From: Glaucostegus cemiculus
Taxonomy: Eukaryota
DNA: 64,000 bases
NCBI GenBank assembly: GCA_976551045.1
Contig: CDPCPM010000063.1
Location: 7,874,001-7,938,000, forward strand
Direction of reading: 5' to 3'
Shown here: positions 12,701 through 26,170 of the stretch, one piece after another
How the letters are laid out: each line of letters begins with the position of its first letter
Position numbering within the stretch: the stretch's first letter is position 1
Position numbers and translations under genes: made by a program
Notes under the pieces: model-generated
What the model was told of the DNA's origin: nothing
Database searches by the model: none
The model's input: only the letters and a program-made list of their open reading frames with translations

Positions 12701-14533
12701 CTGCTAAAAATCATATTAAGAGCATCAACTATTTTGGGCAGTTCAATAGGAACTCACCCATTTAAAAGGGTGTCCTGATTTCAACTAACATTGAAAAAAC
12801 TTTCAGAATTCACAATCTTAGGATGTTCCAAAGTGCGTTACATCTAATCAACTATTTTTGAAGTACAGTCACTGTTTAGTGTTGGAAATGTAAAATTCAA
12901 ACATGTTCAGTTAGCTGTTCAGAGCAGGTGGAAGTACAATTAACTGAGTACTTGAGATTCTGGTCGCTGTTGTTTACGTTTATGCAAAAGTTGCTGAATA
13001 GAGACTGCCTGTTACGTAATATTTTTGGATCAGATGAATAGGGAATATCAGGAAAATTAAAGGCCAGATTTTAATTAGTTTGAGGAGGAGCAAGATTTAA
13101 GTTTGGATGGTAATTTCCTTTGCTTTTCCTCATGTCAAAATTAAAATAATGATGAGTGGCTTCCTATATTAGTGGTCTTGAAACCCCATTCTGTTCATTG
13201 TTCCCATCTCTGTGGACAGTTTAATTCATTAATTACTAAGATTAACAATTAATGGATTAATTACAGTTTCTTAATTAGAAACGTATAGTGACTTGAATAT
13301 ATAATATCTGTGTCAGTTTAGGCTCCAAGTCCCATTAGAGCTTTCCTAGAAATTCTACTATTAAAGCTTTCAATTCACCCAAAAATCAGTAGTGGTTTAG
13401 AAGGGTCATTTTCTCACAGATGAAATGACCAGTTTAAATCCTGGGATCCAAACAAAGACCAGTAAGACAAAAGCTCTAACATTGTTTAACCAATTTTGTT
13501 GAGTAAGTTTAGTGGGTTATTTTACCTACAGGTTTTGTGTGCCCTTTTTAAGTAATTGTAATAAAGTTAATTTCCAAATGAGCAAAGAATTTCAATTTTA
13601 GATGAAGCTTTGATTCGTTAATCTAGTGGCATGGATAGCTGCTTTGAAAAACTGATTGAGGGACAATTGGTTATTTTCATTTGTTACTTTCACACTACAT
13701 ATAAAGTATAGACTTTTAAATGTAGCAATAATATTAGATTGATTTAATAGGTCTTCTGTTTGAGCTGATCAATATTTTGCTCTAAGTATGGGATGCTTTG
13801 ATTTGTTGTGCCATCGAGGCTAATTTTTAGATGTAATAGTTTTGAAAGTATAAAACTTGTAGAAAATGTTTTGAAAATCCTGTGAAGAACTCCACCACAG
13901 GTTAATTAGTCAATTCCTGGGCCATTAACACTTCACAGGCCTTCTACTGTGAACGCCAGTATATTTGGCAGAAGTTGAATAGGAAGGCTATTTTGGTTTA
14001 GCAGAACATTAAAATTCACACATCATTTAATTCTAGAGAAATATGGGTAGTGACAATGCAACCTTTCAGATAAGATGTAGCTTTAACTTCATCACATTTG
14101 AAAAGTGGACATATTTCCAAATGTTAAGACAGATTTTTGAAAATTTAGGGGCTGTAAAATCTTAAGACCCATTAACCTCTAGTTTCTGATCCATATTCAG
14201 GAGCAATGAGATTTCTTTCAAATTTATCTGGTTCCCTTGGTAGAATTTGTCCATCTTGGATACCTGCTGGAATTGGGGTAGAATATATAGCACCAAACAG
14301 CATTCCAAGAAGGAATCCCTCTCCTCTAAAAATTCTTTGCAGTTGCTTTTATATATGACTTGCTCATTAAATGAGAATACACGGTGCTCCAATTCTGATT
14401 AACTGTTGATAGTTTTGTTATCTAACAATCCTTGTCACTGAATGTGCTTTCTTTTCAAACAGATTGATGGCTTGAATGAAATAGTTCAGATTGCTGATCA
14501 AAGGCTCTGGATGTTTAATATGCAAATTATAGG
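744..14533 (+). CDS. 3' part of an unidentified spliced gene: Ser/Cys/acidic low-complexity region followed by a coiled coil
   Basis: Exons 744-850, 2710-2906, 4915-4978, 6101-6174, 9011-9118, 11923-12018, 14463-14533 have AG/GT boundaries and chain in phase (1,0,1,0,0,0) without stops; the end reads KTSDEFKLLAAENVRLHTCVNELQDK|IDGLNEIVQIADQRLWMFNMQII. No family recognised. Confidence 0.72.
1020..1535 (+). mobile_element. Degraded CR1 LINE 3' fragment
   Basis: Reads like L(E)RVQRRFTKMVPGM...LGLISLE...F+QSVVGIWS and ends in a CR1-type 3' UTR (ggactgaatggc...ttctacgattatg). Confidence 0.75.
5041..5265 (-). mobile_element. Isolated 3' UTR of a Rex1/Babar-like LINE
   Basis: Reverse complement closely matches 21030-21255, the tail of the Rex1-like LINE in this window. 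Confidence 0.75.
7400..8530 (+). mobile_element. Highly degraded CR1/L2-group LINE remnant
   Basis: Remnants of KAxGPDN, WKIVQVCPVHKK, NYCQISFLS and ALNIKAAFESVWLQGAL; same family as 26555-26960 and 36150-36930. Confidence 0.6.
8548..8695. mobile_element. Short Penelope-terminus-derived element with 12-bp TSD
   Basis: AGTTCCTAAGGA at 8536-8547 and 8696-8707; body ctgctggatgaactcagcaggtcaggcagcatctgtgga is the reverse complement of the Penelope tail at 11610-11650. Confidence 0.8.
9730..11660 (+). mobile_element. Penelope-like retroelement (RT plus GIY-YIG endonuclease), frameshifted
   Basis: FYLFPKIHKKDCPGRPIVSAC, FTMDVHS, KGVAMGT, SSHPVSCKDTIPFSQF, CHRCNTCPY, FTCTSLSIIYCI, LYISETKCRLG, HFNSHSH, EQHLIFRLRTLQPHGMN; pyrimidine-rich 3' region and terminal pLTR-type sequence. 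Confidence 0.92.
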
Positions 14534-17255
14534 GTAACTATAATCTTGTATTTATCTGAGCACAGTAAAATTTAAAGTTATGCATTTAAGTTTAGAGATT
14601 CAAGCTATTCCTACTCTGAATACAGGTGTGGATGAGAGGGTGGGGAAGGAAAATATCTAGATCTTAAGAATATTAACCATTAACACAGTTTTGCATTAGA
14701 ACAGCTGTTTATCAATAATTCAAAAATTATCTTCTTGACCCTCCTCACAACTAGAAAATCATTGTTAACCTTGACTTTTTATCATCAACATTTATTTTAA
14801 TCATGCACATTTTGTGAAAAGTTGGTTCTTTTTGTGGGAGATATATCAGGGTACAACACTGTCATTGCATCTTTAACAAGGGACCTCAGCAGCACTTGCA
14901 CAGTTCACAAGTGGCTGAATCCTACCAAGGTTTTATAAAAGCAGACTTGGCATAATTCCTGAAGTAGCACAGGATATGCCCCCAGATCCACTTCCTTAAA
15001 GTGGGCAACAGATCTATTTGGGTGCCCTTCTAATCTTTTGCCATCCTGTACGTTCTTTCCTCTCTCAGCATTTTACTTCTAAAATAAAGTTTGTCATTTT
15101 TGTTTCTGGAATGTGAATGAGTTTTTATGTGAAAATTATTCTGATAATTTGTGAACCGATATCTAAGGAAATTATAAAGTGTCTGAAGGGAAACTGTGAT
15201 CAATTAAAATTCAGATTTTTAACAAACCATTCAAAAAATCTGTTTAATTCCAAGGTTAGAGGAGAAGAATTCTGCCTTAATTGCTGCTTTAAACAAGAAA
15301 TCAAAAAAAGGACATTGAGTCAGAGGTATGTTATGGGAGTTGAATATTAAAAATTGCCACACACTTTTCCTGATCACAAGTGAATTTTATTTAACAATGG
15401 CATGTGTTGTATTTTAAGTCAAAGACACAAAATTATTTCAACAATTTTATAGCAATGGAGATCTAATTTAGACCAAAGAAATCCAAAGTTTGGTATGTTA
15501 TTGCCACAAGTCACGACCACCATTGCATATTCTCCACTTGCAATACTGAGGCTTTTATTTAGTTATTTTAATCAGTTCCATCAATACTCAAGGTGATTAG
15601 TACTTTTAAAGAATGGTTACTCCCAACATAGAGCTTTAGGGAACCTTATCTGACCTAGTAATAAAGATTGACCAATGGAGATCTGGTGAATGTTCTTTGG
15701 CTGTTACACCAGGACTAGACAGTACATTGCAGCTAGAGACCAAGAATCAGTTAATAAACTGGTGTTTTTTTATGATCTCAGTAACCCCATTAGCTGAGAT
15801 GTCAGGGGGAAAAAAAACATTCAGCTTTAACAGTCCTTTCCATCACTTCATTAATCTATAAAGAATATGGATATCATTCAGCTAACTACTGTACCAATGC
15901 AGGCTAAATCTGCAAAGAAGCTGTGGACCAAAGTCTCAAATATGGTAAAGGTATGGATTTTAATTCCAAACACAATATTATATTGAGTTAGTTTGTCACC
16001 CAATGATCAATCCAGTTATTTAAGATTTATCATGTGTGTGTGAATGTGGTGGGGGGAATTTGGGGGGAGAGAGTGTGCACGTGCTAGGTCTGTGCAACAG
16101 TTTAATCTCCAATCACCTTGGGCCGCCTTGCCACTGGATCAAGATTTACTTCATTTCTCAGAACTGGAGTGGAAGCAAATCATCTTAACCCTGAGGGACT
16201 GGTGAAGAAGAAGACAGAAGAAAATTGTCCTTTGCTCTTGCGTCTTTTCCAAGTAACTTCTGCAGATATGATGGAAGACTGCTGTTGTTCCTCCTGAGTT
16301 ACCTGTGGTCAATGATTCATGCAAACATGAACCTCATTGGATACATGGACCAGTACTTAAATTTTTGTTGGCTGGTCTGGTCTTGCTGGCTTTCTGGAAT
16401 CATTGTTAATGTTTGAACAGAGGGAGTGCAGAAAATCCTTCTGTTCATGCAGTAGTCTTGCTTTGGGGTTGGGAATGAGAAGTAGCAGATGGCAGGAGTT
16501 GAGTTGTGCTGTTAAAACCCAATTCATGTGTCTTGCCAGTCTGTCCATGGTGAAGCAAAAGGTTTATGTTCTGAGCCTACATGGAGGTCACTTGAATTTG
16601 CACTATTGCTGCACAGACTGTACAATGTGAGGGTCAAGTTGCAGTTTCCCTGGAAGCAGTTATCTCTTTAAAGTAAACCATAAGATAGTGATGCTGTGCA
16701 AAATGATACCACATGGGGCTCACTCGTATCCATGTCAATGGCAAAGAAATTTCTTGGGCAGTATTTTGATTGCTAATATAACTAGTTAAATGAAGTAAGT
16801 AGTTCTTCCCATAGCTGAGCTGCTGAATTTTTTTAAATTTTCTTTTTCAGCAGAACTAGGAGAGGAGCTTACCCCTAGGCTGTCCCTTCCAATGGCATTT
16901 GACCACTACAGCTGACTGCATTACTATGTGCAGACACTTCTAACTCTGCCAGAATGCTAATTCCTGCACTGGTACATGGTAGTGATGCAGTTTCTGATGA
17001 TGTCTTCTCAAGAACCCCTGCCTAAAAGCTACTGTTATAAGCTGCAATTGCAGCAACTGACAGGCCCTGAGGAAAGAGAAAAACATAGCATTGAGAGGGT
17101 GTGGATCGTCATTATGCTAAAGATAGTGCAGCCACTCTATTAAATGTATGAATTATTGATGTATATTTTATGCATTGTAGTTTGACTATATACATATTAA
17201 GAAAATTAAATACATTCTCATTCTGTGCACTAACCATTAAAAACTTTTTTTGCAG

Positions 17256-17330
17256 ACCAGAGAAATATTACAAGACTGGCAAACAGCTAAAGTTCCTTGC
17301 ATAATGAACGAAGCACAAAGCTGTCATTAA
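17256..17330 (+). CDS. Probable terminal exon of the + strand gene (frame uncertain)
   Basis: Branch point CACTAAC at about 17228, strong acceptor ttttttttgcag. Phase 2 reads PEKYYKTGKQLKFLA*, phase 0 reads TREILQDWQTAKVPCIMNEAQSCH*. AATAAA signals follow at about 17520, 17533 and 17694. Confidence 0.5.
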   Translation, partial: TREILQDWQTAKVPCIMNEAQSCH

Positions 17331-18614
17331 ATTGACTGAATTATGATATTCATTTCAATTGTATAAATACATCCTATTTACAAGAATGGGATGTATCAGT
17401 GTACTTTAAAAAATATATTAATGTAGTGAATGAGATAATCTAGAAATTTAGAGTTTAAATGAAGTGCATGTTACTTAATTATCTAACTTGAAGAAGATAT
17501 TCTTTCTCTTAGTCTCTATAATAAATTCCTTGAATAAACTTTTTTTATATACACTCTGCCACAGACATTGGTACAAGTGTAATATTAGTGGCTAGAATTT
17601 AAAGACTTTTTATTGTTTTGACACATAAACTGTAAGGTGGTTTTGTAACCTAATGAAATATACTGAGTTTGGTCTTCATGTTGGATACCTTTTAATAAAC
17701 CCGACTTGTAATTTGTAGAATGAGATACAGTCTGTTACTTGACCTTCAGATGAGGGGACCAAGAGAATTTGGACATTTTCTACTGCTTCTAGTGTGTTTT
17801 AACAGCAGCATAAATGAAAATGCTATATTGTCAGATAAGCATGGCCTTCAATGCACAGTGTAAGTTCATGGAAGCTGAGGTTTGAATGTTACGAAAGAAT
17901 AAAAAGGCTGAAAATCCTCCTGCTACACTACTACCAATTTGGTAAGATAGTGGAGTAAGTACCAAGCAGGCATTATAACAGTTTAATTATCAGCACCTTT
18001 GTTTCAGTCACCATGCAACTGGAAACATTAAAAGTAAGTTGAATGTTATTTAATTTGAAAAAATTGGTTAATAACTTATTCCAAATTATTCCTTTACTGG
18101 AAAAATGTTTGGAAAAAAACAAATACCCTTTGGCTTTAAAAATGTTTAAAATTAAATATGAAGGATATTCAAAGTATACATAATTGTAAAACTAACGAGT
18201 AAGAAGCATCTATACACATATGATCTCTTTCTTGTTTAGTCCTACCTTAATGAGCACTTTCAACCTGTGAAAGTTGCTTTAGAAATAACTGGAAGATATT
18301 TCAAAGCATTGTACAACTAGTGAAGTCTCTTGCTGGAGGGTAACCATTGTTATAAATGTAGGAAACACACCAGACAATTTGTGCACAACCTGCTACAAAA
18401 TAATATTGCTATGATGAGTAGAACCTGTTTTTAATTACTTTGGTCAAACATCAGGGATAACTCCCCTCTGGTTTTAAGATTAAAAAGCTATAGGATCTTT
18501 TGCATCCAAATGAGAAAGTAGATTAGGACTAAAAGATTGATAGGTATGGGTACAAATTTCTCTCAAGTGATCTTAAGAAACACTAGAATATATTCTGAAT
18601 CTTAGATGCTACCA

Positions 18615-21268
18615 TACTGAGACTGCTCCTGTACAGCTACTGCTCCTTGAGACAGGATATCCTGAGGCCCTCTTCATCATCACAGGGGACTTCAATCAGG
18701 CCAACCTGAAGAGTGTGTTACCAAAATACTATCAGCACATCTCCTGCTCCATCAGGGGCACCAACACCTTTGACCACTGCTATGCAACCATCAAAGATGC
18801 CTTTTGAGCCGGCCCTCGTCCTCACTTTGGGAAATCAGACCACCAGGCTGGGCTCCTCCTCCCTGCATACAAACAGAAACTGGAGGATCCAGTATGGAGA
18901 GTCGTGCAGTGCTCGTCTGAGGAAGCAGATGAGCTCCTACGTGACTGCCTTGAGACAGTGGACTGGTCCATGTTCAAAGACTCAGCTGCCAGCCTTGATG
19001 AGTATGCCACCACCATCACAGGCTTTATCAGCAAGTGTGTGGAGGTCTGTGTACCAAAGAAGACGATACTGGTGTTCCCCAAACAGGAAACCATGGATGA
19101 ACCGAGAGATCCACTCCATACTGAAGGAGAGGACTGCTGCACACAAATCTGGTGATCTTGATCTGTACAAGAAATCAAGATAGGACCTTCGTAAAGCTAT
19201 CAGGGATGCCAAGAGGCAATAGCAACTCAAAATAGAGTCCCTGACCAGCCATCAGTTATGGCAGGGCTTACACGCCATAACAGGCTACAAGACGAAGTTG
19301 GGCTGCATAGCTAACAACAGCGCATCCCTTCCAGATGAACTTAACACACTCTATGCACGTTTTAAATAGAAGGGAAGTGGATTGCCACCATCCACCGTGA
19401 CAACCACCAATGAAGTTGAACCTGTCATCACAGTTGAGGATGTAAGATCAGTCTTCCGGAGAGTGAACACAAGGAAAGCACCTGGCCCAGATGGTGTCCC
19501 TGGCCATGTGCTCATCAGCTGGCAGAAGTATCTGTGGACATATTTAACCTCTCCCTGCTTCAATCTCTGGGTCCCATCTGTCTTAAGAAGACCACCATCA
19601 TCCTCGTACTGAAGAAAAGCAAGGTAACATGCCTCAATGACTACCGACCAGTGGCTCTGACACCCACCACCATGAAGTGCCTTGAGAGGTTGGTCATGGT
19701 ACACATCAACTCCAGCCTACCAGACAACCTGGACCCATTGCAATTAGCCTATTGTTAAAAGAGGTCTACAGCGGGATGCCATCTCCCTGGCCCTACACTC
19801 AGCTCTGGAGCATATGGACAGTAAAGACACCTATGTTAGACTATTGTTTATTGACTATAGCTCTGCCTTCAATACAATAATCCCAAGTAAGCTTGTCACC
19901 AGACTCTGAGACCTAGGACTCAACACCTCCTTCTGTAACTGGATCCTTGACTTTCTAACAAACAGACTGCAATCAGTGAGGAAAGGCAGCAATACCTCCA
20001 GCATGATTATTCCCAATACTGGTGCCCCACAAGGCTGTGCCTCAGCCCTCTACTTTCTATACACTCATGGCTGTGTGGCCAGATTCTGCCCTAACCATCT
20101 ATAAGCTTGCAGATGATACCACTGTTGTAGGCCATATCTCAAACAGTGATGAGTCGGAGTACAGGAAGGAGATAGAGAGCTTAGTGGAATGGTGTCATGT
20201 CAACAACCTTTCTCTCAATGTCAACAAAACTAGAGCTGGTCATTGACTTCAGGAAAGGGGTGGTGTACATGCACCAGTCTATATCAATGGTGCTGATGTC
20301 ATGAGGGTTGAGAGCTTCAAGTTCCTGGGAGTGAACATCACCAACAGCCTGTCCTGGTCAAATCACGTAGAAGCCACGGCCAAGAAAGCTCACCAGTGCC
20401 TCTACTTCCTCAGGAGGCTAAAGAAATTTGGTTTGTCCCCTTTGACTCTCACCAGCTTTTACAGATGCACCATGGGAAGCATCCTATCTTGACGTATCAT
20501 GGCTTGGTGCAGCAACTGCTCTGCCCAGGACTGCAAGAAACTGCAGAGAGTTATGGACACAGCCCAGCATATTACAGACACCAGCCTCCCGTCCTTGGAC
20601 CCTGTCTTTACCTCTCGTAGTCTTCGTGAAGCAGCCAGCATAATCAAAGACCCCACCTACCCGGGACATTCTCTCTTCTCTCCTCTTCCATTGGGTAGAA
20701 GATACAGGCGCCTGAGGGCATATACCACCACTCTTAAGGACAGCTTCTACCCCACTGTGATAAGACAATTGAACGGTTCTGTAGCGACTCACGATGTCGG
20801 GATCTGAAACGCCGTCAGCTGTCGCGGGGAAACGTGCGAGTTCCCACAATAGTGCCGGAAGGCGGGACTTCCGGCGGGAGTATGATGTCACTTCCGCCGG
20901 CCATGTTTTTTGTAGTTCGGAATATGCGCGGCTTTTGGTAAGTTATTAAAAATGTGCTCGATCGAGTCTCCGTGTCCTCGTGTTCTTTTAAATCGCACCC
21001 TGCTGGCTGCTACAGTTCCCTTATACAATGAGAAGGACTCTGACCTCACGATCTACCTTGTTGTGACCTCGCACCTTATTGCACTGCACTTTCTCTGTAG
21101 CTGTGACACTTTACTGTTATTGCTTTTACCTGCACTACATCACTGCACTCTGTACTGACTCAATGTAACTGCACTTTGCAATGAATTGACCTGTACAATC
21201 AGTTTGTAAGACAAGCTTTTCACTGTACCTCAGTGCAAATGACAATAATAAAACCAATACCAATACCA
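18615..21268 (+). mobile_element. Rex1/Babar-clade LINE, degenerate ORF (APE end, RT, DUF1891-like)
   Basis: [71 protein letters not shown]; tail AATAATAAAA(CCAATA)n; interrupted by a solo LTR. Confidence 0.92.
20780..21014 (+). mobile_element. Solo LTR (235 bp, Gypsy-like) inserted in the Rex1 LINE
   Basis: TGTAGC...GCTACA inverted termini, 4-bp TSD GTTC (20776-20779 and 21015-21018), ATTAAA at about 20945, very CpG-rich. Confidence 0.88.
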
Positions 21269-21714
21269 AGAAGGTGATCATGGAGACACTTCTGTTATCT
21301 GGAAAGACAAGTGAAGGCTGAGAAGGAGTGCATGGTGAAGGTGGATGATGTTCACTGTGGAAGTAAGTGTGGTGATCACCGTAAAAGCTGTGATACACCC
21401 GTACAGATAGAAAACTCAGAAATTCAGTGTATACAGTGGTTATATGCACAATGGATTGTTAGAAGATCCAATAGTGTGGAACACAGAGATGAAATGGAGT
21501 TGCAAGTTAGCACATGAAAATGTCATACTTCCAGATGTGAAGTTGTTTGTGGGGAATGTCAATGTAGCATATACCTTTCACAGTATTACAAGAGTTAAGA
21601 GTATTTTTCAAAACCTGAGGATTTAATTTGCATCATTGACTCCTCAAATGGCTGTCAACAGGAGCTGTGCACATTTCAATATAAAATGGGAGGCCATTCA
21701 ACCCATTGATTAAA

Positions 21715-21900
21715 TGCCAGCACCCAGTGCAATCCACCTCCAACGTCCCCACCTCCCCCCCCAAAATTTAGGACATGGAGGAAACTGGAGCACCTGGGAA
21801 AACTCATGGAGTCACAGGAATAATAAAGCAAACTCCAAACGTACAGCAATAGAGGTCAGGATATTGAAGCCATGCCACTGGAACAATTATTCCAGACTAT
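21715..21900 (-). mobile_element. Degraded V-SINE-like SINE
   Basis: ggaggaaactggagcacctgggaaaactcatg...gcaaactcca is the reverse complement of the SINE core seen at 58189-58385. Confidence 0.6.
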
Positions 21901-23963
21901 ATGTTATGGTTAGATGATTAAAGACATCCATTTTGCTGAAGAGTTAGGACATTACTGACTGTAATATGCTGGGTTCTACTGGGAAATTGGAAAGGAGGGT
22001 TCTGTCTCAAAGCTCTTTCAGTCAAGTCTGATGATGTCTTGCTGTGGTGGAAAATACTACAGATACCTTGAAAAGAGCACGGTATCACTGCGATTTCTGC
22101 TCATGTTACTGCTGAATGGCCTAAACTGAGTTCAAAACTGGATGTCTTGAGTAAAATTGCATTGCATGATATTAACTCAGGGAGCTCAGCAGACTGTAGA
22201 CAAGGTGTAGCACGAGACTGAGTTGCATGCACTGGAAACCATTCAGAGAAGCAAGACAGGGGCATGACTCCCTAACTTCAAAAGGGTCAACGAGGAAAGA
22301 GAAAAATCCAGTTTTGTACTGAGAGCTGTGATATAAAGCAGAATGTGCAAGATGAAAATTGGAAGTATCAAGGGAAAAAATAGGTTAAAAATTGCCACAA
22401 ATGGGTTTGTGATACTTGGGAAAATTTTGGAAACAATGTATAAATGCAATTACTGAAGTAGTTAATGGACTATTGCAAACTTAGGAGTTAATATTGATGC
22501 CGAGCAATGCATGTGATACATTATACTCGTAATGTATAGCTAATGCAATTCTTTAGTGGAAGAAGTGAAATCTTTTGTATGTGAAGCCTATTGGAGAAGT
22601 CATTCATTAGGTTTAATAGTATCGGTGGGGGGGGGTTTATACACACAAAATGCTGGAACTGATTAGTTCATATTCTAGTGTTACTGTTGAGAGGATTATA
22701 GCTATTGGCTAATTAGTTACTTAATTTTATATTGTATCTGAACAGTTAATTGATGAAATAATTTAACATATTGTAAAAATTATTGTGGGTTTGCTACCTT
22801 AGAGGAAAGAAAGTGTGGTTTATATTGAGTGTGCATATACCTTTAAGAACTATGTGTACTATGCAGTATGACTTTCCCTGCACCGTATTAGCCACTGCTG
22901 TTATTTGGGTGTTAGCCATCATGAAAGGATATTTGGCTAGAAGCTCCACCCTGTTTACTTGCCTTCCTAAATAACAAAATAGAAAAAGCTATATATGGTA
23001 TCAATAGAAAGATAAAAGCAAACTTACAAAGGACTGTGGAGTAACTGATAGACGGCTTGTGTACAGCCGCATTGCAGAGATTGCCATCCTAGTCCCAAAC
23101 TGGCTCTGCAATAGTAATGTAGTTCTCCAAAGCAATAGCAACACTCAAACTTCCAATAATCAACAACCAAATCTCGCAAAGAAGCAGTTCAACAAAACTT
23201 ATTAGTTAATAATGGTGTAAAAATGGAAATCAAATACTAACAATCAATAAAACAGGCATCTTACCAATGGTGAGCAGTGTAATTTGATTAATTGATAAAC
23301 GTATCAGGTTTCACAGTCACTTTACTATAGGACTTACATGCAACAAAATACAATGGAGAATTCTTTAACCATAATAAAGTTCCATAAATAATTTTGCCTA
23401 CAGACTAAAATATCTAGTTTCCCACATTATCTGTCTTTAAGATAAATGAATACTCTACATCAATACTGATCCATGGAGACACACATTTATAAGCTCATAT
23501 ATTGCTGTCTTGTTGCTTGTCCCATTGCAAACTCAAGAACAAAATATGATGAATTAGAGTCAAAGCTGCAGATGCCCAATATTATATCCAAATCTGGGAA
23601 ACACTACATATCTTTAAAATGGACCATGTGGGAAACTACATTTTCTCACATCTAGGCATAACTCTCATCTAAATGCTGAAAATTGTAAAAAGGCAGAACT
23701 GCTCTTTTAATTTATAAGTATTAATACTAAGAAAAACTATTAAATTGATTTGTGTTCCTTTCCTTTGCATCATACTTTAAATGTTACGCATCGGTATCTT
23801 GGGTGAACCTGAAAATGAAAATGTGTATAGGTTAAAGAATTACTGAAAATGAGAAGTTGTACCAGATCCACAATGTTACCTGTGTTGCAGTCACCAGTAC
23901 AATGTTTATTTTATACATAATCATTATACACCAAAGCTTGCTATCCAGACACAAAAATTCTAA

Positions 23964-24175
23964 AAACAGAACACTGGAAGAACTCAGTGAGTTAAGCAGC
24001 ATCTGGAATGGAAAAAAGTGTATTTTGACATTTTGTTTGAGGCCCTGTACCAGGACTGACCAGAAATGTCAAGATACACATTTTGCCTCCACAGATGCTG
24101 TTTGACTCACTGAGTTATTCCAGAATCTTGTTTTTTTTGTTCCATATTCCAGCATCTGTAGTCTCTTTTGTCTTC
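23964..24175. mobile_element. Short palindromic Penelope-terminus-derived element
   Basis: Inverted arms ctggaagaactcagtgagttaagcagcatctg / cagatgctgtttgactcactgagttattccag. Confidence 0.7.
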
Positions 24176-24269
24176 TTCCCAATAGTTCTACCTTCTCCTT
24201 TAGGCAATATACTACAGTCTTGTCAAAGTGGAGCTTTCCTGAAATTCAAATACCACATCAACATTTAAA

Positions 24270-24600
24270 CATAATAGAATCATAGAGTCACAGAAATGAG
24301 CCCTTTAGCCCACCATATCCATGCCGACCTTTTTGCCCATCTACACTCATTCCATTTTCCCACACTCTGTCTGTATCCTTCTATGCCTTGCCTATTTAAG
24401 TGCCTGTCTAAATGTCTCTTAAACATTCTGTAGCTTGACCTATAAAGGTAAGCATGCCACATGACTCCTTCACCACTCTAATTACCTGTGTTGCCACCTT
24501 CAAGGAACTATAGACAAACCCTAAGATCCCTCTGTTCACCAACATTCCTTAGTGCCCTACCATTTTGTCTATGTTCTACCCCTAAATGACTTCCACTAAG
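24270..24600 (-). mobile_element. CR1 LINE 3' fragment
   Basis: Minus ORF MFKRHLDRHLNRQGIEGY plus CR1 3' UTR (atagaatcatagag tail). Confidence 0.7.
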
Positions 24601-25079
24601 TGTCTGCCTCAGATTTCTTACCCTGAGGTCTGGAAATTGAATCCAATAGTGGGCATATTGAAATTAATCAAGACTATTAAGAAAATGATAAGTACACCTT
24701 TCTATTTGTTTTATTTTTGTTAGGACAAATGTACTTGATCATTTTACATGTCTGCAAGTGATTTTTAGAGCTTTAATTTTTGAAAAAAAGAAGAAAATAT
24801 AATTTTTTTAAATTGTTCCCAAGTGTTATTTTTAATGTTTGTTAATATCTTCAACATTCACAATCAGCTGAGAATCAGCCTTTCAGTGGAAAACCATACT
24901 CAAGGCCACGATGGTCCCAGAGAGGCAACTCATGCATCCAGGTGGCTCTCTGGTCAGTGTAAAGCCTGAGTCAATATTACTAAGCTGGACTGTTAACAGA
25001 TGAAGGCTCCTGTATGTACGTTCGCACTCTGATGTGCTACCATTCACTTAAGGAGTTTGAAGTAATTCACACCATTATG

Positions 25080-26170
25080 GAAAGTATATTAAAGAAATTA
25101 AGAGATTAAAACCAGATAAATCCCTTGGACCTTAAAGCCTGAATCCCAGAGTTTGAACAGCAGTGACTGTAGACAAAGCAGATGCATTAAGGAATTTTGG
25201 AAGATTATCTCTAATGTTCTCTGAGCAAACTGGAAGATAGCAAATGTAACACTGCTGTTTAAGAAAGAAGGGAAAGAAAAGAATGGGCACCTTAAATCAG
25301 ATGGTCTTGCATCTGCTGCTGACAAAATGCTGGAATCCATCATTAAAATTGTGCTAATGAGGCACTCAGAAAATTACAATATGATTAAACATTGTTTTAT
25401 TAGGGAAAATTGTGTCTGACAACTTTAATAAAAGTTACTCAGGATGTAACTAACAGCTTAGCCAAGGGCAAATGCACAAAGATTGTTGCATAGAATTTCA
25501 TGTAAAGATATAGAGAATAAAAGTATAGAGATTAGTAGAAAAGTATAGAGAATAGGTTAAAGGACAGAAAACAGAATAAGTGAGTCATTTTCACATTGGC
25601 CAGTTAAACATGTGAGCAAAAAGATGGTAGATGGAGTATGATGTAAGAAAAAGCTTTGTTAAGAATAAAAAACTGGCATACCTTTGAAACAGTCACAAAC
25701 TAGTACATGTTGGCATATAGAGGGATAGGTTTGCTGACTCATGAGATGCCAAGAAGAAATATGCAGGTACAGCATGTGATATGGAAGGCAAATGGTACAT
25801 TCACATATACTGCAAAGGATTTGGAAATATAGTAATGTTTTCCTGGGATTATACAGGGATACTTAAAGACTAAATATGCACAAAATACTCTCAAATACTG
25901 TGTGCACTTTTAGTCTACACACCAAAAGGAGGATGTACTTGCCTTGGGTCAGACAGCAATTGATGAAATAGATGTTAAGTTAGTTCCCTCTAACTGGAGT
26001 AAATCAAGCTCGGGGCCATAGTCCAAAAGGCTATGAAAATAATGGACTAGCTATTTAGGACTCAGATGAGGAGAAATTTATATATGCTAGGGACTGTAAT
26101 ATTTGGAATTCTCCAAGCCAGAAGCTTATGCATGTCAGTCATTGAGTTTATGCAAGGTACTAGAATCAGA
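25080..26170 (+). mobile_element. Degraded CR1 LINE (RT region)
   Basis: DKSLGP, WKIANVTLLFKKEG, KMLESII and LKYCVHF remnants. Confidence 0.7.
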
